Of a DNA stretch of 64,000 nt, positions 62,019-64,000 are shown in pieces. Below the pieces are notes generated by a model. The model was not told the origin of the DNA. It saw nothing but the letters and a program-made list of their open reading frames with translations, and made no database searches. Position numbers and translations under genes: made by a program. The DNA is taken from the NCBI GenBank assembly GCA_037927135.1, contig JAXSPP010000002.1, positions 64,001 through 128,000 on the forward strand. The letters are read 5' to 3'. Positions within the stretch are counted from its first letter, which is position 1. Each line of letters opens with the position of its first letter. This stretch comes from Candidatus Pampinifervens sinense (lineage in GTDB: Bacteria > Aquificota > Aquificia > Aquificales > Aquificaceae).

Positions 62019-63270
62019 CCAAAACCTCTCTAAGCTCAGGATATAGTGGAAACTGTTCGCACAGATCTATAACCTCTCTCTTTACCTCCTCTATAACCTT
62101 CTCATCCTTTATGTTATCAAGAACCTTTGCTATAAGCCTTGCTACAAGCCTCATCTCATCCTCTTTCATACCCCTTGTGGTCATAGCGGGTGTGCCTATC
62201 CTTATACCGCTTGCCTTTGTGGGTGGTAGAGGATCAAAAGGAACTGCATTCTTGTTTACCGTAATGTTTGCCTTCCCTAGGGCCTCTTCCGCCTCCTTGC
62301 CAGTAATACCCTTGTTTCTCAGATCAAGCAGTATAATATGGCTGTCCGTTCCACCGGTTACCACCTTAAAACCAAGTCTTAGAAACTCCTCTGCCATGGC
62401 CTTTGCATTTAGAACCACCTGCCTTGCATAGCTTTTAAACTCATCCGTCATAGCCTCTTTAAAGGCCACAGCCTTTGCCGCTATAACGTGCATAAGAGGG
62501 CCACCTTGAATCCCAGGAAACACACTCTTATCTATATCCTTAGCAAACTCCGCCTTACACAGGATAAAGCCACCTCTAGGTCCTCTTAAGGTCTTATGTG
62601 TAGTTGATGTTACAAAGTGGGCATAAGGAACTGGATTGGGGTAAACTCCACCAGCCACAAGGCCCGCATAATGGGCCATATCCACCATAAGGTAAGCTCC
62701 AACGTCCTCTGCTATCTGGGCAAACTTCTCCCAGTCTATAACCCTTGGATAAGCCGAAGCCCCGGCCACTATCATCTTAGGTTTATACTCCTTTGCAAGC
62801 CTCCAAACCTGGTCGTAATCTATGAGCTCTGTCTCCGGATTTAGGCCGTAGTAAAAGGCTTGGTATATTTTGCCGGAGAAGTTGACCTTCGAGCCGTGCG
62901 TAAGATGTCCACCATGGGCAAGGTCCATACCAAGTATCACATCTCCAGGTTTTAAAACCGCCATGTAGACTGCCATGTTGGCTTGAGAGCCCGAATGGGG
63001 CTGAACGTTGGCATGCTCCGCACCATAAATCCTTTTAACCCTTTCTATAGCAAGGCTTTCTGCTATGTCTACAAACTCGCACCCTCCATAGTACCTTTTG
63101 CCCGGAAGACCTTCCGCATACTTATTTGTGAGCACCGAACCTTGAGCCTCCATGACGGCAAGGGAGGTGAAGTTTTCTGAGGCTATAAGCTCAAGATGGT
63201 AGAACTGTCTGCTGTACTCTTGCACTATAGCCTGATAGATTTCTGGATCGGTTTCTTTTAAGTGCCTCAT
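61981..63270 (-). CDS. glyA: Serine hydroxymethyltransferase
   Basis: [31 protein letters not shown]. Confidence 0.98.
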   Translation of the reverse strand: MRHLKETDPEIYQAIVQEYSRQFYHLELIASENFTSLAVMEAQGSVLTNKYAEGLPGKRYYGGCEFVDIAESLAIERVKRIYGAEHANVQPHSGSQANMAVYMAVLKPGDVILGMDLAHGGHLTHGSKVNFSGKIYQAFYYGLNPETELIDYDQVWRLAKEYKPKMIVAGASAYPRVIDWEKFAQIAEDVGAYLMVDMAHYAGLVAGGVYPNPVPYAHFVTSTTHKTLRGPRGGFILCKAEFAKDIDKSVFPGIQGGPLMHVIAAKAVAFKEAMTDEFKSYARQVVLNAKAMAEEFLRLGFKVVTGGTDSHIILLDLRNKGITGKEAEEALGKANITVNKNAVPFDPLPPTKASGIRIGTPAMTTRGMKEDEMRLVARLIAKVLDNIKDEKVIEEVKREVIDLCEQFPLYPELREVLDELPYSKATHIQ

Positions 63271-63280
63271 GGCTAATATT

Positions 63281-64000
63281 TTACTCCCATTCTATGGTAG
63301 CTGGTGGCTTTGATGATATATCATAAACCACCCTATTTACACCCTTCACCTCGTTTATTATCCTTCTCATCACATGATCAAGGAATTCGTAAGGAAGCCT
63401 TGACCAATCTGCAGTCATTCCATCTGTACTGTCCACCGCCCTCAGCCCTATGACCCTCTCATAGGTCCTCACATCCCCCATAACACCTACGCTCTTTACC
63501 GGCAATAGCACGGCAAAGGCTTGCCATACTTTATCATAAAGCCCCCACCTTTTTAGCTCTTCTATAAATATGCTGTCCGCCTCTCTGAGTATTTCAAGGT
63601 CCTCCTTTTTCACCTCCCCAAGTATCCTTATGGCAAGGCCTGGCCCAGGGAAGGGATGTCTTTTTAGGATACCCTCTGGCACTCCTAGCAACCTCCCCAC
63701 TTGCCTCACCTCATCCTTAAAAAGCTCCCTTAAAGGCTCAAGAAGTTTAAGGTTCATCCTCTCTGGCAGCCCTCCCACGTTATGATGGGTCTTTATCACC
63801 TTTGCACCAGGAATGCCCGCACTTTCTACCACATCGGGATAAAGGGTACCTTGGAGTAAATAATGGGCTCCAACCTTTCTTGCTTCTCTTTCAAAGACTT
63901 CAACAAAGGTATGACCTATTATCCTTCTCTTTTCTTCCGGGTCTTCCACCCCCTTTAACCTTTCTAAAAACAACTCCTCCGCATCTATCCTCTTGAAGGG
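63281..64000 (-). CDS. guaA: GMP synthase (C-terminal part; start lies beyond the window)
   Basis: [39 protein letters not shown]. Confidence 0.97.
   Translation of the reverse strand, partial: PFKRIDAEELFLERLKGVEDPEEKRRIIGHTFVEVFEREARKVGAHYLLQGTLYPDVVESAGIPGAKVIKTHHNVGGLPERMNLKLLEPLRELFKDEVRQVGRLLGVPEGILKRHPFPGPGLAIRILGEVKKEDLEILREADSIFIEELKRWGLYDKVWQAFAVLLPVKSVGVMGDVRTYERVIGLRAVDSTDGMTADWSRLPYEFLDHVMRRIINEVKGVNRVVYDISSKPPATIEWE

Noticed and set aside
63281-63973. Stand-alone 230-aa GMP synthase subunit
   Set aside because: The frame stays open to the window edge; the apparent start is a truncation artefact

Overview
Gene-dense chromosomal segment that looks like a thermophilic Aquificaceae-type bacterium (inferred from protein style, heavy gene overlaps, a tRNA without encoded CCA and a DUF29 gene; not proven). 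Most of the window is scattered housekeeping: nrdD, pheA, thiO, trpG/pabA, trpF, lpxK, lpxC, kdsB, glgB, htpX, a liv-type ABC transporter, uvrA, nth, mtnP, rsmA, speE, hemD, hisZ, pyrG, pycB, thiL, glyA and a partial guaA. Accessory or unusual parts: (1) a ~12.2 kb Pel exopolysaccharide operon in rearranged order pelC-D-E-F-G-A-B, with PelB apparently split into two separately targeted proteins, ending at tRNA-Lys(CTT); (2) a soeAB-like sulfite dehydrogenase pair with no soeC, coupled instead to a lipoprotein nuclease; (3) an orphan one-spacer CRISPR mini-array with an intact leader and promoter, pointing convergently into a DUF29 gene; (4) a highly structured, possibly pseudoknotted ~110-nt leader upstream of htpX; (5) a G7-tract frameshift in a sirC/cysG-like gene; (6) glgB reading antisense into the tRNA. 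All family calls come from motif recognition by eye; no database search was run.
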